IMG/VR virus record: IMGVR_UViG_3300027573_000022
Source of the DNA: an uncultured virus (IMG/VR IMGVR_UViG_3300027573_000022)
Taxonomy: Duplodnaviria; Heunggongvirae; Uroviricota; Caudoviricetes
Direction: 5' to 3' (one strand)
DNA: 64,000 bases
Each line of letters opens with the position of its first letter. The stretch's first letter is position 1. The position numbers were made by a program, and so were the translations under genes. This document shows positions 46,018 to 56,700 of the stretch, piece by piece. The notes beneath the pieces were generated by a model, which ran no database searches, had not been told where the DNA came from, and saw only the letters and a program-made list of their open reading frames with translations.

Positions 46018-47949
46018 TCAACGCACGGGGCAGGAGCCTCCACCGCAGTCGGCGTCGAAGGGAACCGGATCCTCGCCCATGCGGTTGCCCAGCGGGACGC
46101 TGAGGTCAAGTCCGGCGGTCAGCTGCTCGTACCGGTGTTCGGTGATCGCCTCGTAGGGCATCAGTGGCCAGTTCCCCTCATCGTAGAGGTTGAACGACAC
46201 ACTCTTCACCTGGGTGTCGAAGTTGGACTCGAGCCACGTGCGGATCTCGTGCAGCTCTTCACGGCGGTACGACACGGTAACCGACACCGCATTGTCGGCC
46301 CACTCCCGCTGCAGCCGCGCCATGACCTCGAGCTGCTCGAGTGCGGACTGCTTGCTGATGAGCGGCACACCGTCCGGCGTCCAACACGGGAACTCGACGA
46401 CGAGCTTGCTCCGATTCTCCCGCCCGTCGAGGCCGACGTCGTAGCAGACGTGGTACCCCCGCCGACGACACACATCAACGAGATCGTCGTTCACACCGAA
46501 GCGAACGCGGCGAATGTAGAACTCGGCGTGTGCGGCGTGTGCACCGGCCGTGACACCCGGCATCAGCGACCAGGAGCCGGACGGCTGGATGGCCGAAAGC
46601 TTAATGGACTCGGGCAGGCCGCGCTTGGCACTCCACCGCCGGTCGAGGTCACGCAGGTACTCGTACCCGTGAGAAAGCCACTCACGCTGCTCGTCGGTGG
46701 CCTGCAGGTAGCCCGTGACCGACATGCCCAGGCGCATGTTCCTGTGGATGATCTCCTGGGATGACTTGTCCGGGTATGGGAGACATGCGGTGGCCTTCTG
46801 CAACTTGTACAGCACCGTGATCGCCGTCTCGAACTCCTCGTAGGTGCGCAGACGCGGCAGACACAGGGTCGCGAGGTTGCACGCCTCCCGTGGTGCCAGC
46901 GGAACCTCGCCGCATGGGTTGGTCACCAGCACCGACGGGTCGGGCTTGGGTTCACCGACGCGGCCCTCTCGTTGACTTAGGCGCCTGTTGAACAGCCCGT
47001 AGGCCTCACCCTTGCCGGTCTCGTACGGGATCCAGAACTCGCCCGGGATGTGATCGTACGAGTCGACGACGAGTGTGTTGTTCGAGTGCTCCCGCCACGC
47101 GGGAATCGTCTCGCGGTCCCACCGCTTGGCCCGCAGGAACAGCACGTCGTCGGGGTCACCCATCGCGATCTGCGCACTGCGACGGGCCGAGCCCGCGACG
47201 ACGAGGCGTCCCACGATGTTGAGGACGTCGAGGCAGTCGACGCTGCGGAACTTCTTACCCACCCGCGCCTCGAACACCTCGACGATGTCATCGATGCCGT
47301 CGATGAGTGCGGCCGGCCCGGAGGCCGTTCCGCCGAACGTCTTGAGCGGCGTGCCCTCGGGTCGGATCAGCATGGTGGACCACGTGAAGCCGCGACCCGT
47401 GTACAGGTACGCCTTGATGACCATGCGTAGGACGTTCGACCAACCCTGTCGCTTATCCGGCACGATGTGATCGGCATCGTCGGTGCGCTCGTGTGTGATG
47501 GCCTTGTCGAGGTCCCGCACCCGAGGCAGGTCGTGAATGAGGCTGCGCTCGAGTGAGTACCCAACACCTCCTCCCACCATAAGGCGGTCCATCGCCCAGA
47601 CGAAGTCATCCACGGTGCTTACGCCCGTGGCCCAGCAGTTCACCAAGCTGTCACCACCGAACAGGTCGACCATCGGTGTACCGAGCTGCCACAGGGCACG
47701 CCCCGAGGGACTAGCCCGCAGCTCGGACAGGAGACGGTGTGCATCCGCCGTCTCCTGGTCCGTCCAACCTGGGTCGATCATCAGACCGCCGCCGATGACT
47801 CGGTCGACGGTCTCGGGCCAGTTCTCCCGACGCCCTACGCCCGGCACCTGCCGGGCGTATGTGCGGGCGTAGACGATCTCTCCCATGCCGTTCCAACCCC
47901 ACTCGGGAGTGGACGCGGGCACGGGCACAGCCAGGGTCTGTGTCTGCAT
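46018..47949 (-). CDS. nrdJ: Class II (B12-dependent) ribonucleotide reductase, monomeric type
   Basis: VYARTYAR, PSGRALW, LVNC, G.GVG, RRSA, TNPCGE, IQPSGS.S, C-terminal C.GGSCPVR. Confidence 0.9.
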   Translation of the reverse strand: MQTQTLAVPVPASTPEWGWNGMGEIVYARTYARQVPGVGRRENWPETVDRVIGGGLMIDPGWTDQETADAHRLLSELRASPSGRALWQLGTPMVDLFGGDSLVNCWATGVSTVDDFVWAMDRLMVGGGVGYSLERSLIHDLPRVRDLDKAITHERTDDADHIVPDKRQGWSNVLRMVIKAYLYTGRGFTWSTMLIRPEGTPLKTFGGTASGPAALIDGIDDIVEVFEARVGKKFRSVDCLDVLNIVGRLVVAGSARRSAQIAMGDPDDVLFLRAKRWDRETIPAWREHSNNTLVVDSYDHIPGEFWIPYETGKGEAYGLFNRRLSQREGRVGEPKPDPSVLVTNPCGEVPLAPREACNLATLCLPRLRTYEEFETAITVLYKLQKATACLPYPDKSSQEIIHRNMRLGMSVTGYLQATDEQREWLSHGYEYLRDLDRRWSAKRGLPESIKLSAIQPSGSWSLMPGVTAGAHAAHAEFYIRRVRFGVNDDLVDVCRRRGYHVCYDVGLDGRENRSKLVVEFPCWTPDGVPLISKQSALEQLEVMARLQREWADNAVSVTVSYRREELHEIRTWLESNFDTQVKSVSFNLYDEGNWPLMPYEAITEHRYEQLTAGLDLSVPLGNRMGEDPVPFDADCGGGSCPVR

Positions 47950-47999
47950 GGGTTGACTTCCTAGGGGTGAGGGTGGCTTGCTTGGACCTACGGGGTGGG

Positions 48000-48437
48000 C
48001 TAGACCGGAGGCTCGACGACGGGCGGCGTGTTCGCGATCACGGCATCCTTGAGGGTGCCACTCGAACCGCGAAGTGCGGCGGCTGCCTCGTTGAGCGCGG
48101 CCTGGACGGCCGGCTCCTGGGCAACCTGCGCGGCGAGCTCGTCGATCTTGTCGGCGAGACCCTCGATGAGGGTGACGGCCGACTGGTCGACCGTGGTGTT
48201 CTCCTCGACGGCGGCGGTCAGTTCGGTGAAGTCGATTGCCATTTGGTCCTCCAGGACGTTGACGGAATGTGCAAGTGAGAATGTTCCGAGGGTTAGTGCC
48301 GCGAGCTGCGCACGGAACGCCTGCAGCTCGGCAACCACGTCGGCACCGGGTGCCGCGTGGAAGTGGTAGTTGTAGTTCACGGTGAGGTTGGGACTGGGCA
48401 TGGGGGGCCAGACCTCCTCGGGCTGTATGTCGCTCAC
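48000..48437 (-). CDS. Hypothetical helical protein
   Basis: GGAGG RBS, GTGA coupling; Ala-rich helical composition. Confidence 0.6.
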   Translation of the reverse strand: MSDIQPEEVWPPMPSPNLTVNYNYHFHAAPGADVVAELQAFRAQLAALTLGTFSLAHSVNVLEDQMAIDFTELTAAVEENTTVDQSAVTLIEGLADKIDELAAQVAQEPAVQAALNEAAAALRGSSGTLKDAVIANTPPVVEPPV

Positions 48438-49126
48438 GGTGTACCTCCGTACCCGGTCTTGGGACCGGTGTACCCGGCCTCGTCGGGGAAGGCAAGCTCG
48501 GCGACCGCGGTGCGCAGCTGATCGGCGCGGGTGCGGGTCGTCTTGGCATCCTCACGCGCGGAGTGGGCGACCTGGTTGTCGGGGGTCTCCTCGGCGAACT
48601 GCCCGCCGGACCGCCGGGTGCGCGCCATCTCTAGCCTCTCTGACATACTCAATGACTGCTCCCTGTTCGCGTGATCCACGAGCGCCGCGATGGCATCAGC
48701 CTTCGAGTTGATGCCGCCGAACTTCGGACGAACCTCTGCAGGGTCCGGTCTGCTCGGGTACTGGGGGATCTTCATTCGATCGTTCGACGCCGTGTCTGCC
48801 TTCCAGTACTTGGTATAGCCCTTACCGATCGCGTAGTTCTTACCGGGTGCCATCTTCTGGTACTCACGCTCGGCTTGGTACACACGACCTAGACGCTCAC
48901 CGTCCTTGGACTTCACCTCGTAGACGGGCATCTCCCTGCCCTTGTGATCCGTGAGTGTGCTACGTGTGTAGTCGTTCAGCTCGGACGGGTCAAGAGCCTT
49001 GGCCTTGACATCGGAGACGGTAAGTGGCGCCTTCGTCTCTTCGCCGCCACTTCCACCTCCGCCCTCGGATGCAAACCGCCCGTTGTCGTCTCGCTCCTGG
49101 TCTTCGGCGGCGAGGGCGGTTACCAC
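48434..49126 (-). CDS. Putative head-packaged protein with an RDDNGRF tag
   Basis: GTG 49126 overlaps the terminase end, 7 nt after TAGGAT; QERDDNGRFASEGGGGS. Confidence 0.65.
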   Translation of the reverse strand: MVTALAAEDQERDDNGRFASEGGGGSGGEETKAPLTVSDVKAKALDPSELNDYTRSTLTDHKGREMPVYEVKSKDGERLGRVYQAEREYQKMAPGKNYAIGKGYTKYWKADTASNDRMKIPQYPSRPDPAEVRPKFGGINSKADAIAALVDHANREQSLSMSERLEMARTRRSGGQFAEETPDNQVAHSAREDAKTTRTRADQLRTAVAELAFPDEAGYTGPKTGYGGTP

Positions 49127-50481
49127 TTGTCGTATCCTAGCCCAGCGGGCAGGCTGCCGACGGGGACCGCGAGGCCGCCTCCGTGGTAGGTATCGGTGAT
49201 GAAGGTACACGCCCACACCAGAGCGTCGAGACGGTCGGGGCTGAAGTAGCCGTTCCCACGCTCACCCGGGACCCAGGTGCACATCTGATCCTCAAGTTCG
49301 GGGAAACTGCCTACGTGGGTAACGTGGCCCGGGCGCTCATAGAGGTAGGCAATGGGCTGCGCCCGCGCCTCCTTACCCTTGCTGGCCCAGACCGGATGCA
49401 CCGGCATCCAGCGGTAGGCGCGCTTGAGCGTCTCCTCGACGAGGTCACCGCCGTTGTTCCGCTCGGCCACGACCGCGTCGGCGCGGTAGCGCTTGTAGGC
49501 GCGAAGTACCTGCTTCGCCCACTGGGCGGGGGTACCCTTCATCGACAGGTCATCGATCACGTACAGCTTGTTCTCGTAGTCGAGACCGACGACGACGATT
49601 CCCGTCTCGTCCGCATCCTCACCCGATGTCACGGCCGGGTCGACGCCGACCACGACGCGACGCATGTCGGGCAACTCGGACACCGTCACACCGTCCTCGG
49701 AGAGGGACACGATGCGCTGGGTACGGTCACGGTCGATCCAGTCACGCAGCCACAGCGCACCCTCGACGTCCTCGAGGATCAGACCCTCGAGCTCTTGACG
49801 TCCAAGCTGGGTGTTTGCGTAGCGACGCAGCAGGTAGCGCAGGGTGGACTCGGGCAGGTTCGCCGCGTTGTCCGTGGTGCGTCCGCGTGTGACGATGGTG
49901 CGTGGGTCGGCGATGAGGTTCTTGAGCACGGGTAGCGGACGTGGCGTGGTGGTGACCGCGGCCTGCGGGTGGTCACCGAGGCGTAGACCCATGACGAGCA
50001 TGTCCCACGTCTCCTGTGGGTACCGGTGTGCGGCGAACTCCTCCACCCAGGCGAAGTGATGCTCAGGACCGCGCAGGCGATCGGGTTCGGTGGATGAGTA
50101 CGGGAAGTATGCACTCCCGTTTCGCAGCCACACCTGACCCGTGGAGCGGTTGTATCGCTTGATCTCGCGCGGGGGCGTCACGGCCAGGATGCCCGACGGC
50201 CCCTCGATGCAGACGTCGCGGACCACACCGTGCGTCGGGCCGACGACGGCGATGCGGGTGTTGGGAACCTTCGCCCGCTTCTTCGCCTCCTCCGACGCGC
50301 TTCGCGTCTTGCCCGTGCCGCGACCGGCCAGGTACACCCACACGTCGCAGTCCTCGGTGGGAAAGCGCTGCTCCTCGCGTGACCACACGTTCCAGTCGTA
50401 CCTGAGTCGATGCAGAAGCTGCGCCTTACGTTCACCGTCCCAGGAGCGCCAGTCAACCTCATCGAGGATTAGGTTACTCAC
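49120..50481 (-). CDS. terL: Terminase large subunit
   Basis: LAGRGTGKTR, LRGPE...WVEE, TTTPR, VGVDPA, DETGI, ERNNGG, SPDRLDALVW. Confidence 0.93.
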   Translation of the reverse strand: MSNLILDEVDWRSWDGERKAQLLHRLRYDWNVWSREEQRFPTEDCDVWVYLAGRGTGKTRSASEEAKKRAKVPNTRIAVVGPTHGVVRDVCIEGPSGILAVTPPREIKRYNRSTGQVWLRNGSAYFPYSSTEPDRLRGPEHHFAWVEEFAAHRYPQETWDMLVMGLRLGDHPQAAVTTTPRPLPVLKNLIADPRTIVTRGRTTDNAANLPESTLRYLLRRYANTQLGRQELEGLILEDVEGALWLRDWIDRDRTQRIVSLSEDGVTVSELPDMRRVVVGVDPAVTSGEDADETGIVVVGLDYENKLYVIDDLSMKGTPAQWAKQVLRAYKRYRADAVVAERNNGGDLVEETLKRAYRWMPVHPVWASKGKEARAQPIAYLYERPGHVTHVGSFPELEDQMCTWVPGERGNGYFSPDRLDALVWACTFITDTYHGGGLAVPVGSLPAGLGYDKW

Positions 50482-50773
50482 TCGACACCTCGGCCGGGTT
50501 GGGTGGTGGATTCAGTGGCTGCGGGATCGCGTCACGTGCGGCGGTTCGCGCATCCACCCACTTCTGAAGTTCGACCGGATCGTAGATCTCGAACTCGGGA
50601 TTGTCCACACGGTGTTCGCGAATGCCCTGCGCGTTCTCACCGAACGTGGTGGGCTCGGTCCCGGGTACGACCTCGTCCTCAGTGAGGAAGGTCTCGAACG
50701 GGCTCGTGAAGAACTCGTCCTCGACCTCCTCGATCGTCTTCTCTTGCTTCTTGCGCTTCTTCCTAGGCGGCAC
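50474..50773 (-). CDS. Hypothetical protein upstream of terL
   Basis: Basic N-terminus followed by an acidic region; overlaps the terL start; start uncertain. Confidence 0.5.
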   Translation of the reverse strand: MPPRKKRKKQEKTIEEVEDEFFTSPFETFLTEDEVVPGTEPTTFGENAQGIREHRVDNPEFEIYDPVELQKWVDARTAARDAIPQPLNPPPNPAEVSSE

Positions 50774-53700
50774 GAACTTCCTCCAGCAGTCTCCGCAGCA
50801 TAGCCGCCGCGCCGACGACGGTGCCACCCTGCAATCCTAGTGCTTCCTGCACATCAAGCACGTCGGCCTGAATGGCAACGAGCTTCATCGGGGCGACCCA
50901 CTGTCCATTCTCCTGGAACACCTCACCGGTCTTCACGAGGATCGTGCCACGGGGGAGCAGAAGTTCCTGCTCACCCGGGTGGGCGTTGCCCGGCTTCCAC
51001 GCGGCGGGCGTACCCGCGGGAACCTCGATGCGCATCTGCAACCCGTGTGAGCCCCATCCACCACCGATGCTGGTGGACTGGTAGCCCTGGTCCCGCATGA
51101 TGCTGCCCACGGGCATCTCACGGATCTTCTGCTCGTAGGAGCCCAGGCCACCACGGTACGTGACGACGGCCTCGGGCGTGCGCTGCCGCATCAGTGCGGA
51201 GTCCAGCGACTGGATCATCGAGTTGCCGGTGGTGACCTTCGATAGGTCGCCCTTGGCGCTTCGCAGCGCGCCGTTCACGGTGCTGTAGTGACCGTCACCG
51301 TACTTGTACAGCGCGCTCCACTCACTCGCGGTGTACCGCGGCTTGCCACCAGCGGTGCCGAACGCCTTGTTACCCCACGCCTCGACCGCGCTGTGACCCT
51401 GCGCGCGTGGCACGGTCGCGTTGTTCGTAGGCTGGTCACCGAGGAACACACCACCCTGCGGAATCGGCGTGATCTGCGGAGCGATGGTCTTACCGGTCGC
51501 CGTCGTCTGCTGGGCGAGCGCGACCTTCTGCTCATCGCTGACGACGACCTTCGACCATCCGCTGGTCTGGTAGTTCTTCTCACCGAAGGTGTACACGACC
51601 CGAGTCGTCTCTTGCCCGTGTGGGTTGATGCCCTTGAGGATCGTAAGCACACCATCGTGCATCACGTAGCGAGAGTAGCCGGACACCGCGATGTCGGGAG
51701 CCTTGGACGTCCCGTACTTGGCACTCTCGATCGCCTTGCGGTCCGCATCGGTGAGCGGGCCGTTCACGTGCTTCACGAACTTGGCGTTCCCGATGTTCTG
51801 GTTCAGCAGGGCGAGGCGCTTGTACTCACGGGACCCGGCCTTCAGACTCTTACCGAACGCGTCCTTCGTCTGGTACGACCCGGGCTTAGGCATCACGCCC
51901 GCGCCCTCCTTCGATACCTGCTGCCCGACGACCGGTACCGGAGACGGTGCGGGCTGCGGCGCGGGCGTAGGCGGGGGCGTGAACTTGAGAAAATCCTCAG
52001 ATGACATCATTTTCGTGTTGCCGAGCGCCTGGTAGTCCACGTTCATCTGCATGGGAGGTGGCGCCTGCCAGATCTTCGTCGCGCCGTTACGGTCCAGCTC
52101 GCTCAACTTCTCGACCACGGCACCCGCGGCGTTGAGGGTAAGCACGGTATTTCCAACCTGGAACTTCGAGGTCGGAAAGCCGTTCGCATCCTTCCCGTGC
52201 CACTCTGTTGTCGCCGCGCCCTTCTTTACCTGGGCGATGAGCTGGCGCGCTTCACTTGTGGGCTTCACCGCGTAGGTTGGAAACTTGCCCACACCCGTCT
52301 TCGGGTTCCAGTCCTCAACGATGCCACTCTTGGGATCGCCGTACACCTTGCCCCCGAGTGCGTTGGTGGTGAAGGACTGAGATGCTGTGGCCTGCATCAG
52401 GTTCAGCTTGTCGAGGTTGTCGAGTGGGTTGGGATCATTCGGATCAAGGCCGGCGTTGGCCCATACCTGGCCCGAGGCGACGCCGTACTGCAGGGCGGTC
52501 AAGGCAATGACATCCTGCGTGTGCAACTCACTGGAGTGGATGAGTGTATCCATCGTCTTGATGAACTGCTCGTCATTCATCGTACCGCCGGTCGCGAGTG
52601 TTGCTGCGCCGCTGTGATGCGTACCCAGCGTCTCTAGTGCAGATGCTACATCGGGTGCGTAGAGATCTAGGCTCGCCGCCTGGGTCTCGACCGCATTCTT
52701 GTAGTTCGTCCACGGTGAAACGTCGTGCGCATCAAGCTTCGCCTGCAGGTCACCGGCTGCGTTTGAGGTGGTGTTGAGTGCGGCCTGCGCCTGGGAGACA
52801 CCCGCCTGCATCGGGGGAAGGACTGCGCCCATCGGGTAGATGCTGTGCTGCAGGTCGAAGAGAACGGACTGCACGTCGAGGTTGGGCACGATCGTCGCAC
52901 CGCCGAGCTGGTGGTGCACGATGTCGTTCGCCTGGCCGCTGGTGATCTTGCCGTCCACCAGGGCGTTGTGTACGGCGGCCCAGCCCTGCGTGGTGAGCGC
53001 CCCACCCTTCAGCGCCTCGACGACGCTCTTGTCGGTGGTGTACTCGGTCGCGACCGTGGTGTACGCGGCGGACGCGGCCTTTGCGAGTGGGCCCGGGACC
53101 TTGTCGTCACCGACGCCCGGAGGCTTGGCGCCGAAGGTAGGAGGCATGTTACCCGCGTCGGTGGCGATCTCGGCGGCCTTGGCGAGTGCCTCGTTGAAGC
53201 TACCTACCTTGTCGTAGTCGTCGAATCCGGCGGCGAGGATCTCGTAGACGGCGACGCGCTCCGACGCGGTCAACTTGTGCTGATCGCTGATGACGGCCGC
53301 GAGGGTCTGCGGGGTAAGCTTTCCCTGTTCGTACGCGGTGAGCATCTTCAACGTCGCATTGCCGTTGAACTTCGACTCACCCAACACCGCAGCGGCGATG
53401 ACGACGGGTGGAATGCCCGAGGAGGGGTCGAGCAACGCGGCGTACCCGTCCTGCAGGAAGCCGTACTTACCCGAGACCGCAACACTCAGCTTCGTGATGT
53501 CACTGGCGAGTTCCTGCGCCTCGGCCGAGGGTGGGGCGAAGGTCACACCCGTGGAGGGGAAGTTCTGTCCCGCATCCTGCGCGGGCTCGGATGCGAAGGC
53601 GAGTTGCTCGAGCGTCTGCTCGACGCTTGTGTAGGTATCCTCGTAGCCCTGCACGTTCTGGTGGTTGAGGATCGATGCCACCTGGTCGTAGTCAATGAGG

Positions 53701-56700
53701 TCGGACTGCAGGGCACCGTGCAGCATGCTCCACGCGACCGGGCTGATCATCGCACCATGCTTGGCACTCTCGAGCGCGTCGGTCAAGATCTTGTTGCCGG
53801 CGGAGTTGGCGATCAGATGATCGTAGGTCAACGCCGTCAAGCCGCCCGCGGCTTTCGTGGGGCCCGCGTAGAAGTCCTTGGGAGCGGGAGGGGTGAAGTC
53901 GATGGGGCCGACGGATTGCAGCTCGAGGGGGGTCTGCCCGGGAAGACCCGCGCCCGCGTCGAACTCGGGTGGGATCGGGGTCTCGGCGTTCGCCTGCGCC
54001 TCGAGGACGATGCTCGACGGTGTCAAGCCGGCCTCAAGCTGCTCGACGAAGGCGTCGGCGTTACTGGCGATGTAACCCTCGGGTGCCTCCTGCCCGCCGG
54101 CCAGCTGGTACGCGAGTAGGCCCGCGACCTCATCATCGGTGAGGATGCCGCCCATGCGCATCTCATCGATGGTGTCCCACTGCTCAAGGTTGAACATTGC
54201 CTCGCCCGTCCACGCCGCCGCGACCGCAAGCGGCTCGGGTGCGGGGGCGTCGGGGTCGTTGGCGAGGTCCCACAACTTCTGGAACCCACCCGCGGTACCC
54301 ACGGGAATCGCGCCGAAGGTCATCGCCTCCTGCACCTGTTCGAAGAAGGCCATGTTGCCCGGGTCGTCGGTGACGTAGAAGCTCGCGTTGGGATACCCGC
54401 CCGCAGCACCCGGGCCCAGCTCGTTGTGTGTGGCCTGGGCGAACTCCTCCAGCTCAGTCCACGTGTTCAGCCCGGATGCGGCCATGTCGATGAGGACGGT
54501 CGGATCGGTAGGCGGGTACCGGTCCGCGAGGATGGACATGCCCTCGACGACGGTAAGGGAGCCGTTGACGTACATCTCCTTGATCGTCGCCCACTCCTTG
54601 GGCGTGAACTCACGCTCACCCAGCAACACCTGCGCGATCGGCACGGTGCCTAGGTTGGTCGAGAGAACGGAGTACGCGTCATTGACGCTCGAGCCCGCGC
54701 CGAACTTATCGTCGAGGTAGCCCGTGAACGCCGTGAAGGATCCGAGCGCGGCGGCCTCGGGTGACGTACCCGTGGGCATGATGCTCGGCTCGGGCGTGCC
54801 GGGGAACTCGGCGGGCACGCTGGGATCCCAGGGCGCGGGAGGGAAGTGTCCCATGTCGCCGTTCATGACGCTCTCGGCCGCGTCGGGGAGCGCCTGCACA
54901 AGTGTGCCGCCAAAGTTGGCGAGCCACTCACCCGCCTCGAGGGTACTGCCGCCGAAGTACTGGTCGGCGAACATCGCGATCACGCGGTTCTCGCTGATCT
55001 CGCCGTCGGCGAGCATCACGGCGACCTGGTTCCACTGGTCTTGGTTGAACGTCGCCTCGTCGTTGACGACCGCCGCGATCGCGAGGGGTGTGAAGAGGGC
55101 GTCGGCGTCCTCGCTAACGAGCTGCCCGTACCCACCGCCGGCGGCCGTGCTGATCGTCCCGTTGTCCTCGGACACGATCAGCAGGGAGTACACACTCTCC
55201 CCGGCCATCGCGTAGGTGTGCGCGCTTAGGGTGGGCGTCTGCGCCTCGGACGGAACGACCGTCGCGGTGATGATGCCGGAGGCCGGGCCGTTGAGCACGC
55301 CCGTCGCGTAGGGTGGAGCGTCGGGCGTGAGGGACGCAAGAACGTTGGAGAGGTTGGTGGAGAAGTACTGCGCGGAGGTAATCGCACCGAGGTCGACACC
55401 GGCGAGCTTGAACTGCTCACCCACGAGAGTGGATGCGGCCTCGAGGGAGAGAGTGCCGTCCGCTACCTGGGCCGCGACGAACTCCCACGTGTTGGCCGAG
55501 AAAGACGCCTGCCCGGTCGCGACGGCGGCAAGCTCACCCTGCGGCGCCCCGTACGCCAGCAGGGTCATCAGTCCCGCGGCGGCCGCGGGTGGAATGAGGC
55601 CCGCCTTCGAGTCAGCGAGTACACCCTGGATGAACGCGGTCTTGTCCGTCGCGTAGGAGAGGGTCTTCTCACTCGCGTCGGGAACCGAGGGCGTGGGAGA
55701 CGCCGCCAGTGCCGCTGCCTCGGCGGCCGCCGCGTACGACGCGTCCGCAACCTTGCCCGCGAGTGTGTCGGCCATCTGCTCGGTGGACGTCGCCTCCTGC
55801 ACCGCGGCGTGAGGCTCGAGGGTGGTGGAGAGCTTGCCGTGCGGCACAAGCTCGTACAGGTGGCCCTTCCCGTCCGGGTTGGGCGTGACGACGAGCTCCT
55901 TGAACTTGCTGCCCGGGTACGCGTACACCGTCTGCTTGCCGTAGTTGACCGCGGAGGCGACGGACTTCGCACCCTCGGGTGTGTTCTTCAACTTGTTGAG
56001 GGCGTACGCGACGGCCTGACTCTTGGTGGGGCCACTGTTGAGCAGGCTCTTGATCGGGCCCGCGCCCGGGTTGGCCGCAGCTTGCTGGGCGGCTGCATCC
56101 GCGTCCGCCGTCTGGATCGCGGGGGTCTGGCCGGACTCGTCGACCGCGCCGGGTGTGTCACAGGGCACGAACTGCCCACCGTCCGGGGTGCCCGCGGGCA
56201 TGTGACACGCCGCCGCGACGAGGGCGATGATGCGCTGGGCACGCGCGGGCGAGGTGCGAAGCGCGAAGGGTTCCTCGAGGAGCTTGGTAACGAGGGATGG
56301 GATCTGCTCCTGGCGCTCACGCAGGGTGTCCGCCCACTTCTGAGATGTAAGGTCGCTGATGCCCGCGTCACGCCAGCTCGCCCGCACGTCATCGAGGTCA
56401 ATGAGTGCGGCGCGCATAAGTGAGGCCGCCGCGGCCTTGTCCGTCATCTGACCGTACATGGCCTTGCCCTGCTCGGACGTTCGCATACTCTGGGGTTCAA
56501 CCCACGGCTTGCCCGGTGCGAAGGAGTCCTTGGGATCGCCCATGGCGCGGTAGGCCATCGCACCCCCGGACTCGATGCGAACGGGGATGCCGTCGGGTGT
56601 GACGAGCGTGTTGTCGGCGTTGAGTCCGTGCACGTCCCAGTGGGAGAGCAGCGCGTCCACCCCGAAGTTCTTCGCGGCCTCAGCCTGCACCTCGGGATGT

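Noticed and set aside
47950..48555. 202-aa N-terminal extension of the RNR ORF (846-codon call)
   Set aside because: Overlaps two better-supported genes and reads as Arg/Pro-rich noise; RNR motifs begin after ATG 47949.
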